Positions 40,355 to 50,433 of a DNA stretch of 64,000 nucleotides are shown here, one piece after another (the stretch's first letter is position 1; each line of letters opens with the position of its first letter). The notes below the pieces were generated by a model that saw only the letters and a list, made by a program, of their open reading frames with translations, was not told the origin of the DNA and searched no databases. The DNA comes from an uncultured Verrucomicrobiota bacterium (GTDB lineage Bacteria; Verrucomicrobiota; Verrucomicrobiia; Limisphaerales; CAZFVY01): NCBI GenBank assembly GCA_964522665.1, contig CAZFVY010000008.1, positions 29,655 to 93,654 on the forward strand, in the 5' to 3' direction. The translations under genes and the position numbers were made by a program.

Positions 40355-41647
40355 ATGCGCCACCGAACGATTGATCCAAAGCTGTTCGTAACCAACCGGC
40401 AGCGGTTGAAAAGCCTGCTCCTGCCCAATTCACTCGCGGTCATCAACGCCAATGACATTCCGCAAACCAACGCGGACGGGAGCTTGATCATGACGCCCAA
40501 CAGCGATCTGTTCTACCTCACGGGAGTGGAACAGGAGCAAACGATGCTGGTCCTCTGCCCTGACGCGGATGAGGAGAAGCACCGCGAAGTCCTGTTCTTG
40601 CGCGAGCCGGCGCCGGAAGCGGAGTTGTGGGAAGGCCACAAATTGAGCGAGGACGAAGCGCGCAAGCTGACGGGAGTCGCAAACGTGGAGTGGTTGTCCG
40701 ATTTCCCGCGCCTGTTCCATCGGCTCATGTGCGAATCCGAGCATGTCTATCTGAATACGAACGAGCACAAGCGCGCGGTGGTCGAGGTCGAGACCCGGGA
40801 CGCCCGCTTCGTCGCGGAAACGCAACGGCGGTATCCTCTGCACGATTACCAACGCCTGGCGCGCGTCATGCACCGGTTGCGCGCCGTGAAGAGCGATTTC
40901 GAGGTGGATCTGATCCGCGAGGCGGCTGGCATTACCGAGCGCGCGTTTCGGCGGGTCTTAGAATTCCTGGAACCCGACCGCACCGAAACCGAAGTCGAGG
41001 CGGAATTCGCGCACGAATTCATCCGCAGTGGCGCGCGGTTCGCGTATTCTCCGATCGTCGCCGGCGGGGCGAACGCGCTTTGCCTGCACTATATCGCCAA
41101 TTCCGAGGTCTGCCGCAAAGGCGATCTGCTGTTGCTCGACGTGGCGGCCGCGTATGCGAACTATAATTCGGACATGACCCGCACCATTCCAGTCAGCGGC
41201 CGATTTTCGCGCCGACAAAAGCAGGTGTACAACGCCGTGCTGCGAGTCCTGCGCCAGTCGATCGTCGGCCTGACGCCCGGAAAAAAGCCAAAGGACTGGC
41301 AGAAGGAAGGCGAACAAATGGTCGAGCAGGAGTTGCTCGCGCTGGGGCTGCTGACGCCACGCGAGGTCAAGCGGCAAGACCCGGGCAATCCGGCGGTGAA
41401 ACGCTACTTCATGCACGGCCTGGGCCATCCGCTGGGACTAGACGTGCATGACGTCGGTTTTACCACGGAGCCATTCCAAGCGGGTTGGGTGATGACGGTC
41501 GAGCCGGCGATCTATATCCGTGAAGAAGGCTTCGCCGTTCGCCTCGAGAACAACGTGTTGTTAACCAATGATGGACCGGTGGATTTAATGGCGAGTATTC
41601 CCATCGAAGCCGACGAAATTGAAGAGTTGATGAACCGCGGACAGTAG
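40355..41647 (+). CDS. pepP: Xaa-Pro aminopeptidase (M24B)
   Basis: N-terminal creatinase/AMP_N-like domain plus M24 metal ligands (LLLDVAAAY..NYNSDMTRT, HGLGHPLGLDVHD, VEPAIY..RLEN). Confidence 0.8.
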   Translation: MRHRTIDPKLFVTNRQRLKSLLLPNSLAVINANDIPQTNADGSLIMTPNSDLFYLTGVEQEQTMLVLCPDADEEKHREVLFLREPAPEAELWEGHKLSEDEARKLTGVANVEWLSDFPRLFHRLMCESEHVYLNTNEHKRAVVEVETRDARFVAETQRRYPLHDYQRLARVMHRLRAVKSDFEVDLIREAAGITERAFRRVLEFLEPDRTETEVEAEFAHEFIRSGARFAYSPIVAGGANALCLHYIANSEVCRKGDLLLLDVAAAYANYNSDMTRTIPVSGRFSRRQKQVYNAVLRVLRQSIVGLTPGKKPKDWQKEGEQMVEQELLALGLLTPREVKRQDPGNPAVKRYFMHGLGHPLGLDVHDVGFTTEPFQAGWVMTVEPAIYIREEGFAVRLENNVLLTNDGPVDLMASIPIEADEIEELMNRGQ

Positions 41648-41663
41648 TCGGCAAATCGAAACT

Positions 41664-42566
41664 ATGAAACCTTACTGGCAAGGCGTATTCCCCGCCGTCA
41701 CCACGCAACTCAAGAAGGATCAATCGCTGGACCTGGAAGCCACCGCCCGGCACGTCGAGGCGCTGATCGAGTCCCGCGTTTCCGGATTAATCATGCTCGG
41801 TTCGCTGGGAGAAAATCAGACGCTCGAGCCGGACGAAAAACGACGGGTCATCGAAGCGACGGTGAAGCAGGCCCACGGCCGTCTGACGGTGCTCAGCGGC
41901 GTGGCGGAAACAACGACCGCCAGCGCGTGCCGTTACGTCCGCGATTGCGAAAAACTCGGCGCGACCGGTTTTATGCTGATGCCGGCGATGATCTACAAAG
42001 GCGATCCGCGCGAAACGGCGACCCATTTCCGAACGGTGGCCAAAGCGACCGGGCTGCCGATCATGATCTACAACAACCCGATCAGCTACGCGAACGACAT
42101 CACGCCCGCGCGCTTCGCCGAATTGGCCGACGTGAAGAATTTCGTCGCGCTGAAGGAAAGCTCGGGGGACGTGCGGCGGATCACCGACCTGCGCAATACG
42201 GTCGGGGATCGATACGCGATCTTCACCGGCGTGGATGACCTTGCGCTGGAGAGCGCCATCCTCGGGATTGACGGTTGGGTGGCCGGAGCGGGCATCGCGA
42301 TGCCGCGCGAGAACCAGTATTTTTGGGAGCTAACCCGCAAGGGGCAATGGGACAAAGCGCGCGAAATCTACCGCTGGTTCACGCCGCTCATGCATCTGGA
42401 TACGCACGTCAAATTCGTGCAGTACATCAAACTCGCCGTCCAGGAATGCGGGCTGGGAACCGAATGGGTGCGACAACCCCGCCTGCCGCTGATCGGGGCC
42501 GAACGGAAACAGGTCTTGAAAGTGATTCACGATTGCATCGCGCGGCGGCCCAAATTTCCCAAATGA
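41664..42566 (+). CDS. DHDPS/NAL-family lyase, likely 1-pyrroline-4-hydroxy-2-carboxylate deaminase by context
   Basis: DapA-family length (300 aa) and pattern, including the Schiff-base Lys context FVALKESSGD. The specific role is inferred from the neighbouring Hyp-epimerase and FAD-dehydrogenase genes. Confidence 0.7.
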   Translation: MKPYWQGVFPAVTTQLKKDQSLDLEATARHVEALIESRVSGLIMLGSLGENQTLEPDEKRRVIEATVKQAHGRLTVLSGVAETTTASACRYVRDCEKLGATGFMLMPAMIYKGDPRETATHFRTVAKATGLPIMIYNNPISYANDITPARFAELADVKNFVALKESSGDVRRITDLRNTVGDRYAIFTGVDDLALESAILGIDGWVAGAGIAMPRENQYFWELTRKGQWDKAREIYRWFTPLMHLDTHVKFVQYIKLAVQECGLGTEWVRQPRLPLIGAERKQVLKVIHDCIARRPKFPK

Positions 42567-43492
42567 GCGTCAAACGCGTAATAATCGTTGACTCCCACAC
42601 CGGCGGCGAGCCGACCCGCGTCGTCGTCAGCGGCGGGCCGGACCTCGGCGGCGGTAGCGCCGCTGACCAACTCAACGTCTTTCGCGAGAGCCACGACGCC
42701 TTTCGTTCGGCCATCGTTAACGAGCCGCGCGGATCAGACGTCATGGTAGGCGCGCTTTTGGTCGAGCCGCGTGACCGTTCGTGCGTCACCGGGGTGATTT
42801 TTTTCAACAACGTCGGTTACCTCGGCATGTGCGGACATGGGACCATCGGTCTCATGGTTACGCTCGCGCATCTCGGACGCATCGAGCCGGGCGAATATCG
42901 TCTCGAAACAACGGTTGGCATCGTGACCGCGACGCTTCGGGCGGACGGCCAAGTCGCGGTGAACAACGTACCGAGCTATCGGAAGGCCAAGGCGGTAGTC
43001 GTTCACGTCCCCGAAATCGGGCCGGTCACCGGAGACGTCGCGTGGGCCGGGAACTGGTTCTTTCTCGTGGGAGACCACGGGCAGAATCTGGATTTGGCCA
43101 ACGTCGAGACGCTTACCGACTACGCGTGGCGGGTTCGGCAAGCCGTAAACGCCCAAGGCTATCCCGAGGTCGATCACGTCGAACTGTTCGGCCCACCTCG
43201 GATGGCCGGCGCAAACTCTCGGAATTTTGTGCTCTGTCCCGGCAAGGCTTATGATCGCTCGCCTTGTGGCACGGGCACCAGCGCGAAATTGGCCTGTTTG
43301 GCCGCCGACGGCAAACTCGGTGAAGGGGAGCCGTGGGTGCAGGAAAGCATCATCGGCAGCGCTTTCACCGGCCACTACCACCGCGTGGGAGACGAGATCA
43401 TGGCGACGATTGTCGGAAACGCGTTCATCACGAGCGAAGCCACGCTCGTGTTGGACCATCGCGATCCTTTTTGTTGGGGCATTCGGTCATGA
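42563..43492 (+). CDS. proline racemase-family enzyme, likely 4-hydroxyproline 2-epimerase
   Basis: MSVKRVIIVDSHTGGEPTRVV, with both catalytic Cys contexts present (GMCGHGTIG and DRSPCGTGTSA). The ATG at 42563 overlaps the upstream stop (ATGA). The track ORF's 5' extension from 42275 runs inside the upstream gene. Confidence 0.8.
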   Translation: MSVKRVIIVDSHTGGEPTRVVVSGGPDLGGGSAADQLNVFRESHDAFRSAIVNEPRGSDVMVGALLVEPRDRSCVTGVIFFNNVGYLGMCGHGTIGLMVTLAHLGRIEPGEYRLETTVGIVTATLRADGQVAVNNVPSYRKAKAVVVHVPEIGPVTGDVAWAGNWFFLVGDHGQNLDLANVETLTDYAWRVRQAVNAQGYPEVDHVELFGPPRMAGANSRNFVLCPGKAYDRSPCGTGTSAKLACLAADGKLGEGEPWVQESIIGSAFTGHYHRVGDEIMATIVGNAFITSEATLVLDHRDPFCWGIRS

Positions 43493-43562
43493 ATCGCGGC
43501 CGCGGGCACGCCCTTGTGCCCAGGCGAAAGCGGTCCGACTGACGGCTCGCCAAAACCTGAAC

Positions 43563-44825
43563 ATGTCGAAGGAAGTTCTCATCATTGGCGGCGGCGTGAT
43601 CGGTCTCTGCACGGCGTACTACGCCGCGCGAGCGGGGCATCGGGTGACGGTAATCGAGCGCGGAGCGAGCGATCATGATGGCTGCTCGTTCGGCAACGCC
43701 GGCATGATTGTTCCGAGTCATTTTGTGCCGCTCGCGGCGCCGGGAATGGTCGCGCTCGGTCTGAAATGGATGGGCAATCCCGAGAGTCCCTTTTACGTCA
43801 AACCGCGGTTAGACTGGGACCTGCTACGCTGGGGTTGGAAATTCTACCGCGCGGCGAACGCGGCTCACGTGGCGCGCAGCGCGCCGCTGCTGCGCGATCT
43901 GCACTTGGCCAGTCGCGCCTGCTTCGAGGAATTGGCGGAGCTGCCCGGCGCCGATTTTGGTTTAACCCAGAAGGGCCTGCTGATGCTTTGTCAGACCGCG
44001 CACGCGTTGGACGAGGAGGCCAAGACCGCCGAACAGGCACGCCGCCTCGGAGTGCCGGCAGAGGTACTTGACGCCCGACAAACCGCGCTGCTCGAGCCAA
44101 ACGTGCGGATGAGCATCGCCGGCTCGGTTTACTTCCCCAAGGATTGCCACCTGACGCCGGCGCGGTTCATGGCCTGCCTTAAAAATCAACTCGACTCGGC
44201 CGGCGTTCAATTTAAGTGGCACACGGAAGTCGTCGGCTGGCGAGTGAACGGCGCGGGCACGCGGATCAACGGCGCGCAAACCAACCGCGGCGAACAGACC
44301 GCTGACGAATACGTCATTTGCGGCGGCTCCTGGTCGCCGCTCATCGCGCGAGGCCTGGGCATGCACCTGCCGATGCAGGCGGGCAAAGGCTACAGTCTTA
44401 CTTTGACTCAGCCCCGCAAATTGCCAACCATTTGCGCCATTTTGTGCGAAGCCAGAGTGGCGGTCACGCCAATGGGTGGCGCACTACGTTTCGGCGGCAC
44501 GATGGAGCTTGCCGGCCTCGACGAGACAATCAACCCGGTGCGAGTGCAAGGCATCATCAAATCGGCCGTCAAATACTACCCGGAGTTTACGCCGGCTGAT
44601 TTCGACCAGGCGCCAGCCTGGCGTGGCTTGCGCCCCTGCTCTCCCGATGGCCTGCCGTATCTCGGACGTTCGGCGCGCTACGCGAACCTAACCGTCGCGA
44701 CCGGTCATTCCATGATGGGGTTGAGTTTGGGACCGATCACGGGCAAGTTGACGGCGGAGGCGCTCTCGGGCCAGCCGCCCAGCATCGGCATCGAGGCGCT
44801 TCGACCGGATCGCTACGAAAAATGA
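43563..44825 (+). CDS. FAD-dependent D-amino-acid/D-hydroxyproline dehydrogenase-like oxidoreductase (DAO family)
   Basis: MSKEVLIIGGGVIGLCTAYYAARAGHRVTVIE is a dinucleotide-binding fold. The ATG at 43563 lies inside track ORF 43227..44825. Confidence 0.75.
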   Translation: MSKEVLIIGGGVIGLCTAYYAARAGHRVTVIERGASDHDGCSFGNAGMIVPSHFVPLAAPGMVALGLKWMGNPESPFYVKPRLDWDLLRWGWKFYRAANAAHVARSAPLLRDLHLASRACFEELAELPGADFGLTQKGLLMLCQTAHALDEEAKTAEQARRLGVPAEVLDARQTALLEPNVRMSIAGSVYFPKDCHLTPARFMACLKNQLDSAGVQFKWHTEVVGWRVNGAGTRINGAQTNRGEQTADEYVICGGSWSPLIARGLGMHLPMQAGKGYSLTLTQPRKLPTICAILCEARVAVTPMGGALRFGGTMELAGLDETINPVRVQGIIKSAVKYYPEFTPADFDQAPAWRGLRPCSPDGLPYLGRSARYANLTVATGHSMMGLSLGPITGKLTAEALSGQPPSIGIEALRPDRYEK

Positions 44826-45778
44826 AGGCCATCGATTCACCCACGCATTCGCCCAACCGCGCCGACGCGGTCTTGTCACTCATCGGGAACACTCCGCTCG
44901 TGCCGCTCGTCTTCCGCGCGGAAGGAGTCACGATCTACGCCAAATGCGAATTCCGGAATCCAAGCGGCAGCGTCAAAGACCGTCTCGCCAAGACGATCAT
45001 TCTCGACGCTGAGGAGCGCGGTCTGCTCCGCCCCGACTCAATCATCCTCGAATGCACCAGCGGAAACACCGGGATCGCCCTGGCGATGGTCGGCGCCGCG
45101 AAGGGTTATCGGGTCACGATCTTGATGTCGCAGGGCGCGAGCGAAGAACGGCGCCGGCTGATCCGCCAACTCGGCGCCGAACTGATTCTTTTCCAGAGCG
45201 AGGGGCGTTACCAAACCGGCATCGACATGTCGCGACGCATGGCGGAAGCGGACATGCGGTATTTTCTGCCCCGCCAATTCGAAAACCCGTTGAACGTCGA
45301 GGATCATGAACACGGCACCGGCCAGGAAATCCTCGCGCAAGCGGACGGCCCGATCGACGCGTTCGTCGCCGGCTTTGGCACCGGCGGGACGCTGGCCGGC
45401 TGTGGCCGGGCGATCAAGGCGCGCTACCCGCAAGCCCGCATCCTGGCGATGGAACCGGCCGAAGCCGCGTTGCTGGCGGGCGAATGTCCCTGCTGTCATT
45501 TCATCGAAGGCGTCGCCGATGGTTTCATTCCTCCTTTGCTGCGGAACGCGCCGCTGGACGGTGAAGTAAAGATCGGGAGCGAGCAGGCGATGGCGATGAC
45601 CCGCCGGTTGCATCGCGAATTTGGCCTGCTCGTCGGCACCTCATCCGGAGCAAACGTCGCGGCGGCGCTGGAGGTCGCCCGGCAAATCGGCCCCAAGGGC
45701 CGAATCGTAACGATTCTCTGCGACCGGGCAGAGCGCTACTTTAGCACGGCGCTGTTCACTCCGGCCAAGAATGAGTAG
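44822..45778 (+). CDS. cysteine synthase-family (fold type II PLP) enzyme
   Basis: NPSGSVKDR (PLP Lys), CTSGNTGIALAMVGA and GFGTGGTLAG. The ATG overlaps the upstream stop by 4 nt. Confidence 0.8.
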   Translation: MKAIDSPTHSPNRADAVLSLIGNTPLVPLVFRAEGVTIYAKCEFRNPSGSVKDRLAKTIILDAEERGLLRPDSIILECTSGNTGIALAMVGAAKGYRVTILMSQGASEERRRLIRQLGAELILFQSEGRYQTGIDMSRRMAEADMRYFLPRQFENPLNVEDHEHGTGQEILAQADGPIDAFVAGFGTGGTLAGCGRAIKARYPQARILAMEPAEAALLAGECPCCHFIEGVADGFIPPLLRNAPLDGEVKIGSEQAMAMTRRLHREFGLLVGTSSGANVAAALEVARQIGPKGRIVTILCDRAERYFSTALFTPAKNE

Positions 45779-45903
45779 CGGACGGTGGCCGAACTGATGA
45801 CGGATCGTTGGCCTGCCAGCGACGCCGAGCGCGCTCGCCCCCATCGGCCGGCAAGTCGGGTTGACTTTAAAGCGCCAATTTTCCAAGATCGAGCATCACG
45901 GAA

Positions 45904-47376
45904 TTGAAAATGATACGCAAATCTCTCTCCTTATTGCTTTTCACTTGCCTGGCCGCCGGCCTGTTCGCGCCGGCCGTCAACGCCGCGGGCCCGGCAGACC
46001 AACCTTTCCTGCACCCGTTATTCAGCGACAACGTGGTCCTGCAACGTGGCATCCAGATCCCGGTGTGGGGCTGGACCGAGCCCGGCAAGGAAGTCACGGT
46101 GCGCTTGGGCGGTCGGGCGACGACCGTGGTGGCGGACGCGGACGGCAAATGGATGGCCAAGCTAAACCGCTTTCGCGCGGGCGGCCCCTATACGATGACC
46201 GTCGATGGGCTGGAATCGGTAACGCTGACCAACGTCATGATTGGTGACGTCTGGCTCTGTTCCGGCCAGTCCAATATGGAAATGGGCGTCCAAAAGGCGT
46301 TCGACCCGGCGAACGAAGTCGCGCAGGCCGATCATCCGAACATTCGTCTTTTCACCGTCCCGAAAGTGATTGCCCGGACGCCTCAATCCACCGTCAATGG
46401 GCGCTGGCTCCCTTGCAGCCCGGAGACGATCGTCAAAGGAGTTTGGGGCGGATTTTCGGCGGTCGGTTATTTCTTCGGTCGCGATCTCCACCGGGATTTA
46501 GGCGTGCCGATTGGACTCATTCATAGTTCCTGGGGCGGCACTCCCGCCGAGGCCTGGACCAGCGCCGAGGGATTGAAGACGATGGCCGACTTCCGGTCCG
46601 CCGTGACGCAGTTTCAGGAAGCGGCGGCGGGGCAGACCGGACCCGTCACCAACAATAATCCCAACGTCACGACTGTGCTTTACAACGGCATGATCGCGCC
46701 CCTCATCCCCTTCGGCATCAAAGGGGCGATCTGGTATCAAGGCGAGTCCAACGCTTCACGGGCTAAGCAATACCGCACGCTGCTGCCGACGATGATTCGG
46801 GATTGGCGCGATCGTTTTGAGGTCGGCAATTTTCCGTTCTTGATCGTCCAATTGGCCAATTTTCAACGCGTGAAACCCGAACCCGCCGAATCGTCCTGGG
46901 CCGAATTGCGGGAGGCGCAATCGATGACCGCGCAAAATGAACCTAATGCCGGTTTGGCGATCGCCATCGACATTGGCAACGCGGTTGACATCCATCCCCG
47001 CAACAAACAAGAAGTCGGCCGGAGGCTTGCGTTGACCGCGGAAGCGATCGCTTACGGCAGACACGTCGAATACTCGGGGCCGGCGTATCGTTCGATGAAG
47101 ATCAAGGGGAACATGATCCGGCTTAGATTTGATCATGCGAAAGGCGGATTGGTGGCTAAAGGCGCGAAACTCGAGGGTTTTGCGATCGCCGGGAGTGATC
47201 GGCATTATGTCTGGGCGGACGCCACGATCGACGGCTCGACCGTCATCGTCTCTTCACCCAAGGTGGCCAACCCGGTTTCCGTTCGCTACGCCTGGGCTGA
47301 GAATCCGGTTTGCAACCTTTACAACAAAGCTGATTTGCCCGCGTCGCCCTTCCGCACGGAAGAAAAAGCGCCGTAA
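45904..47376 (+). CDS. sialate O-acetylesterase-like SGNH/DUF303 carbohydrate esterase, secreted
   Basis: Signal peptide, GDVWLCSGQSNME, GAIWYQGESN and a C-terminal beta-sandwich; 490 aa. Confidence 0.7.
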   Translation: MKMIRKSLSLLLFTCLAAGLFAPAVNAAGPADQPFLHPLFSDNVVLQRGIQIPVWGWTEPGKEVTVRLGGRATTVVADADGKWMAKLNRFRAGGPYTMTVDGLESVTLTNVMIGDVWLCSGQSNMEMGVQKAFDPANEVAQADHPNIRLFTVPKVIARTPQSTVNGRWLPCSPETIVKGVWGGFSAVGYFFGRDLHRDLGVPIGLIHSSWGGTPAEAWTSAEGLKTMADFRSAVTQFQEAAAGQTGPVTNNNPNVTTVLYNGMIAPLIPFGIKGAIWYQGESNASRAKQYRTLLPTMIRDWRDRFEVGNFPFLIVQLANFQRVKPEPAESSWAELREAQSMTAQNEPNAGLAIAIDIGNAVDIHPRNKQEVGRRLALTAEAIAYGRHVEYSGPAYRSMKIKGNMIRLRFDHAKGGLVAKGAKLEGFAIAGSDRHYVWADATIDGSTVIVSSPKVANPVSVRYAWAENPVCNLYNKADLPASPFRTEEKAP

Positions 47377-47506
47377 CGACAAACCGCATACTACTCCGTT
47401 TTCGCGAGCAGGAACCGGCGGTGAGACTGTTCTCTACCCCCATTACCGACACGCGGGTCGCCGGGGGCGCCGCGACAACTTCCCCAGCGAGCGACGTATT
47501 TAGATT

Positions 47507-48694
47507 TTACTGCGCTTCCACCGGGTCCTCCATCAACGCGTTGAACAACGATTGCGGGGACGCCGGGGCGAATTGGCCCGGGATGCTCTGGCCGCCGGAA
47601 AGGTAGAGGATCGGAAGCTGCGCTCCGAGCAGGAGATTCCAGAATTTGCTCCACCGCGTCTCTTCATCAAGGTGACTCAGGATGACCCCGGTGATCGGCA
47701 GCGCGCTAAAGATGCGCGATTGCGCCAGCAAGTGACCTAGGTCGTAAGCCGCGTTCAACACCAAAAAGACCTGGGCGGGACCGATTTCGCGGAGCAGCTT
47801 GCCGACCGATTCGAGACTGACGGCGTCGTCCGTGGGCACCCCGGGAAGGTCCACAAATTGGATGCCGTGATCGCCGCCGGCCAATTCCGGGTTCCAGACG
47901 CGCTCGACCGGAATCCCGAGAATTTCCCCGTGAATGCTGAGAAACTCGGCGGTGTTGGCGGTGTGGCCGTCGAGACGCCAGACGCGCGTGGACTGGGTGC
48001 CTAACAACGCTTCCTGCGTGAGCCATTTGCAGAGACAGGTGCTCTTGCCAACTCCCGGCGCGCCGACCAGCGCCCGCACGCCCGTCGGCGCGATTTGCGC
48101 CCGCGCGGCCAGCCGGTTCCAGTATTGGAGTAGGAATTCCTGCACTAGAGCGAACTCCTCGCGCAAAGTGCCGGGCCGCGCCCCGCCCGACTGAGTATGC
48201 ACCTGATCCACCAGCCACTGCGCGTGCAACGGCAACACGCCGAGATTCTCCAGCATGCGCGTTAATTCCCATTCCGGTCCGGGCGAGGACGCCACGACGG
48301 GCGCGGGCGGTTCCGGCGCCCGGCGCCCTGGGTGTGGGATGGGCGACCGCATCGGCCGGGCGGTCGGCCGCTCCGCGGCGGTCAAGGGACGACGCGCGGG
48401 CGCCGGCGGTTCCGCCATCGCCCGAGCCTCGGGGATCGGCGCCGCGACTTGCCGTTGCAAGGCGTCCAGCTTGCGATTCAGCCGCGCAAACGTCTCCCGC
48501 TCCGTTTCTTGCGGAGCGCTCGGACGTTCGGGAACGGTGGCTTGGACCTCGATCTGGGGCTTCTTCCAGATGCGGCTCAATCCCGGCGCCGGCGTCTTGC
48601 GAATGTTGACGATGATCGCGTCCGGTCCCAGTCGGCGGTGAATCTCCGCCAGCGCCTCCGCCGCCGAATTGGCCAGAATGGTGACGATTTTCAT
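47507..48694 (-). CDS. flhF: flagellar biosynthesis GTPase FlhF
   Basis: N-terminal MKIVTILANSAAEALAEIHRRLGPDAIIVNIRK, a Pro/Ala-rich B-domain and an SRP-type GTPase (LVGAPGVGKST...DLPG...LSHLDE). The ATG at 48694 lies inside track ORF ..48742. Confidence 0.85.
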   Translation of the reverse strand: MKIVTILANSAAEALAEIHRRLGPDAIIVNIRKTPAPGLSRIWKKPQIEVQATVPERPSAPQETERETFARLNRKLDALQRQVAAPIPEARAMAEPPAPARRPLTAAERPTARPMRSPIPHPGRRAPEPPAPVVASSPGPEWELTRMLENLGVLPLHAQWLVDQVHTQSGGARPGTLREEFALVQEFLLQYWNRLAARAQIAPTGVRALVGAPGVGKSTCLCKWLTQEALLGTQSTRVWRLDGHTANTAEFLSIHGEILGIPVERVWNPELAGGDHGIQFVDLPGVPTDDAVSLESVGKLLREIGPAQVFLVLNAAYDLGHLLAQSRIFSALPITGVILSHLDEETRWSKFWNLLLGAQLPILYLSGGQSIPGQFAPASPQSLFNALMEDPVEAQ

Positions 48695-48826
48695 CGGAAT
48701 CGCCGTCCCCGCAGTTCTTGCGCCGTCCCCTCGACCGCGCATCGACGCTCCGTTGCGACGAAGAAACCGTCACACTCTTCCATCGGATAAGGACACCTCA
48801 CGAATGAAATGAATTGCGTTTCCAAA

Positions 48827-49483
48827 TTAGGCTAACGGACCCGCTTGGCGTTTTCGTCGAGCAATTCCCTTTCCGGGGCCGCTTGAGTCTAAATCCTGGT
48901 CGATCCCCAAGATCAACACTGGAATATCGATGTTTGAAACGCCCCGCTTCTCAAGGTCCCAAACGAACTGCTCAAAGTAGCTCACTCCGCTGCTCATCTC
49001 TTCAGCCAACGTTTTGACCGGGACGATCTCAATACCAGTATCGATGTGTCCAAGGTTTTTGAAAATCGTCATTTTCGCCGCGACGTTATACACCATGAAA
49101 GAATACTTGCCGAACTGCACTTCAATTCCCAGTCTGCGCTTAATAAAGTCCATTTCTCGGAATGCCCCTCGCCGAAGGTCCTTTGGCGTGTAGCCCTGAG
49201 TGTAAAACCTCGTCGGATAGTCACATTTTACCCGCAGAGATTTCCATTCACGCTTGAAAAGTATCTCCTTGAAACATTCATTGAGGGCGACGGGAGAGAA
49301 AAGCATCGTGCCGGGCATCGATTTCTCTTTGCTTTCTTTTGTTCTGCACGCCAAGGCATCGATAGCCTTAATCGCATCTTTGACCTCCACAAGGAGGTCT
49401 GGATATATTGATTCAACTACGCTCTGCCCATCGTTAAACGAATAAATTCCGGCTATTCGCACGTTTTCTCCTCCTGTAACCAT
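48827..49483 (-). CDS. type IIP restriction endonuclease, BglII/BamHI fold
   Basis: REMDFIKRRLGIEVQFGKYSF reproduces the BglII D-x8-E-x-Q catalytic spacing (recalled BglII: DFGKRDTLVEVQF). The later IEIVPVK...IPVLILGI resembles the BglII/BamHI C-terminal strands. An alternative GTG start at 49462 is preceded by GGAGGAG. Confidence 0.6.
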   Translation of the reverse strand: MVTGGENVRIAGIYSFNDGQSVVESIYPDLLVEVKDAIKAIDALACRTKESKEKSMPGTMLFSPVALNECFKEILFKREWKSLRVKCDYPTRFYTQGYTPKDLRRGAFREMDFIKRRLGIEVQFGKYSFMVYNVAAKMTIFKNLGHIDTGIEIVPVKTLAEEMSSGVSYFEQFVWDLEKRGVSNIDIPVLILGIDQDLDSSGPGKGIARRKRQAGPLA

Positions 49484-50433
49484 TCCTTGGGAATCTGTGC
49501 CACTTTCTCGGTTCCCTTAGGCTGCCACACTGGCTTGCCCAGCGGTCGGTAGGGAAGGTCCCCGCTCAAGAGGAGGTTCATTCTGTACCTCGCCTCGTCA
49601 ACGTATTTCTGTTCGCGTTCGCAACCCATCGCCCTCCGTTTATGACGCACGGCGGCTAGCATCGCCGACCCGACCCCTGAGAAAGGGTCGAGGACCCAAT
49701 CACTCTCGTTTGTCATGGCCAGAACGCACCGTTCCACGAGTTCGATTGGAAATTGACACGGATGAATGGTTTTCTCCGGATGATTGGCTTTAACATTTGG
49801 GATACTCCAGAGGCCGACTTCCCATTCCTTGGCCATCAGTTTCCAAATGTCACTAGGGTTCTTGCCAAGGGGATTTCCAGACGGCAGTCCGTAATTGGGG
49901 CCTGGGCGAAAATTGGTTTTGCCCGGATACTTGGAAGGCACTCGAACCGGGTCCAAATTGAACGTGTACTCTTCTCCCTTGGTAAACCAGAGCAAAGTCT
50001 CGTATCGACCAGAAAACCTTACGGAACAATGCAAACCGTGATCGAATGTCCAAATAATGCGGTTACGAAGCTGGAGTCCGAGCTTCTTAAATATCGGATA
50101 AAACCAAATGTCGAGCGGGAATACCTCCGCCTTATCGACGTAATTTCCGACCTGCCAACAAAGTGAACCGCCATTCGCCAAAACACGAACCAACTGTTCC
50201 AATATTGGCTGGAGCTCGTCGAGGTAGCGTTCCAACTTCACCGCGACTTCGTACTCCTTGCCAATATTGTACGGCGGGGAAGTTATTATGAGCTTTGCGA
50301 ATCCGTCCGGGCAAGTTCTGAGCGTGTCGAAAGATTCACCGACCGCAAACACGATTTCAGCGGTCGCATCGAAACGGTCGGCGATGGCCCGACGATCTTC
50401 CTCGAACAACGACGGTTGAACTGTCTTAGACAC
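49453..50433 (-). CDS. beta-class DNA methyltransferase (SPPY motif IV; probably N4-cytosine)
   Basis: N-terminal motif IV IITSPPYNIGKEY and C-terminal motif I VLDPFSGVGSAMLAA, which is the beta permutation. It overlaps the nuclease ORF by 10-31 nt. Confidence 0.85.
   Translation of the reverse strand: MSKTVQPSLFEEDRRAIADRFDATAEIVFAVGESFDTLRTCPDGFAKLIITSPPYNIGKEYEVAVKLERYLDELQPILEQLVRVLANGGSLCWQVGNYVDKAEVFPLDIWFYPIFKKLGLQLRNRIIWTFDHGLHCSVRFSGRYETLLWFTKGEEYTFNLDPVRVPSKYPGKTNFRPGPNYGLPSGNPLGKNPSDIWKLMAKEWEVGLWSIPNVKANHPEKTIHPCQFPIELVERCVLAMTNESDWVLDPFSGVGSAMLAAVRHKRRAMGCEREQKYVDEARYRMNLLLSGDLPYRPLGKPVWQPKGTEKVAQIPKEWLQEEKTCE

Noticed and set aside
45861-45889. Sigma-70-like promoter TTGACT-N17-CAAGAT upstream of the esterase gene.
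   Set aside because: The -10 element matches only 3/6 of TATAAT, and promoter consensus for this lineage is uncertain. The evidence is too weak to report as a feature.
48743-48830. Possible sigma-54-type promoter (tggaaacgcaattca on the minus strand) upstream of flhF, and possible target-site duplications flanking the R-M insert.
   Set aside because: The -12 element lacks the conserved GC (TTCA instead of TTGC). No convincing direct or inverted repeats were found between 48743-48830 and 50434-50521 by eye.
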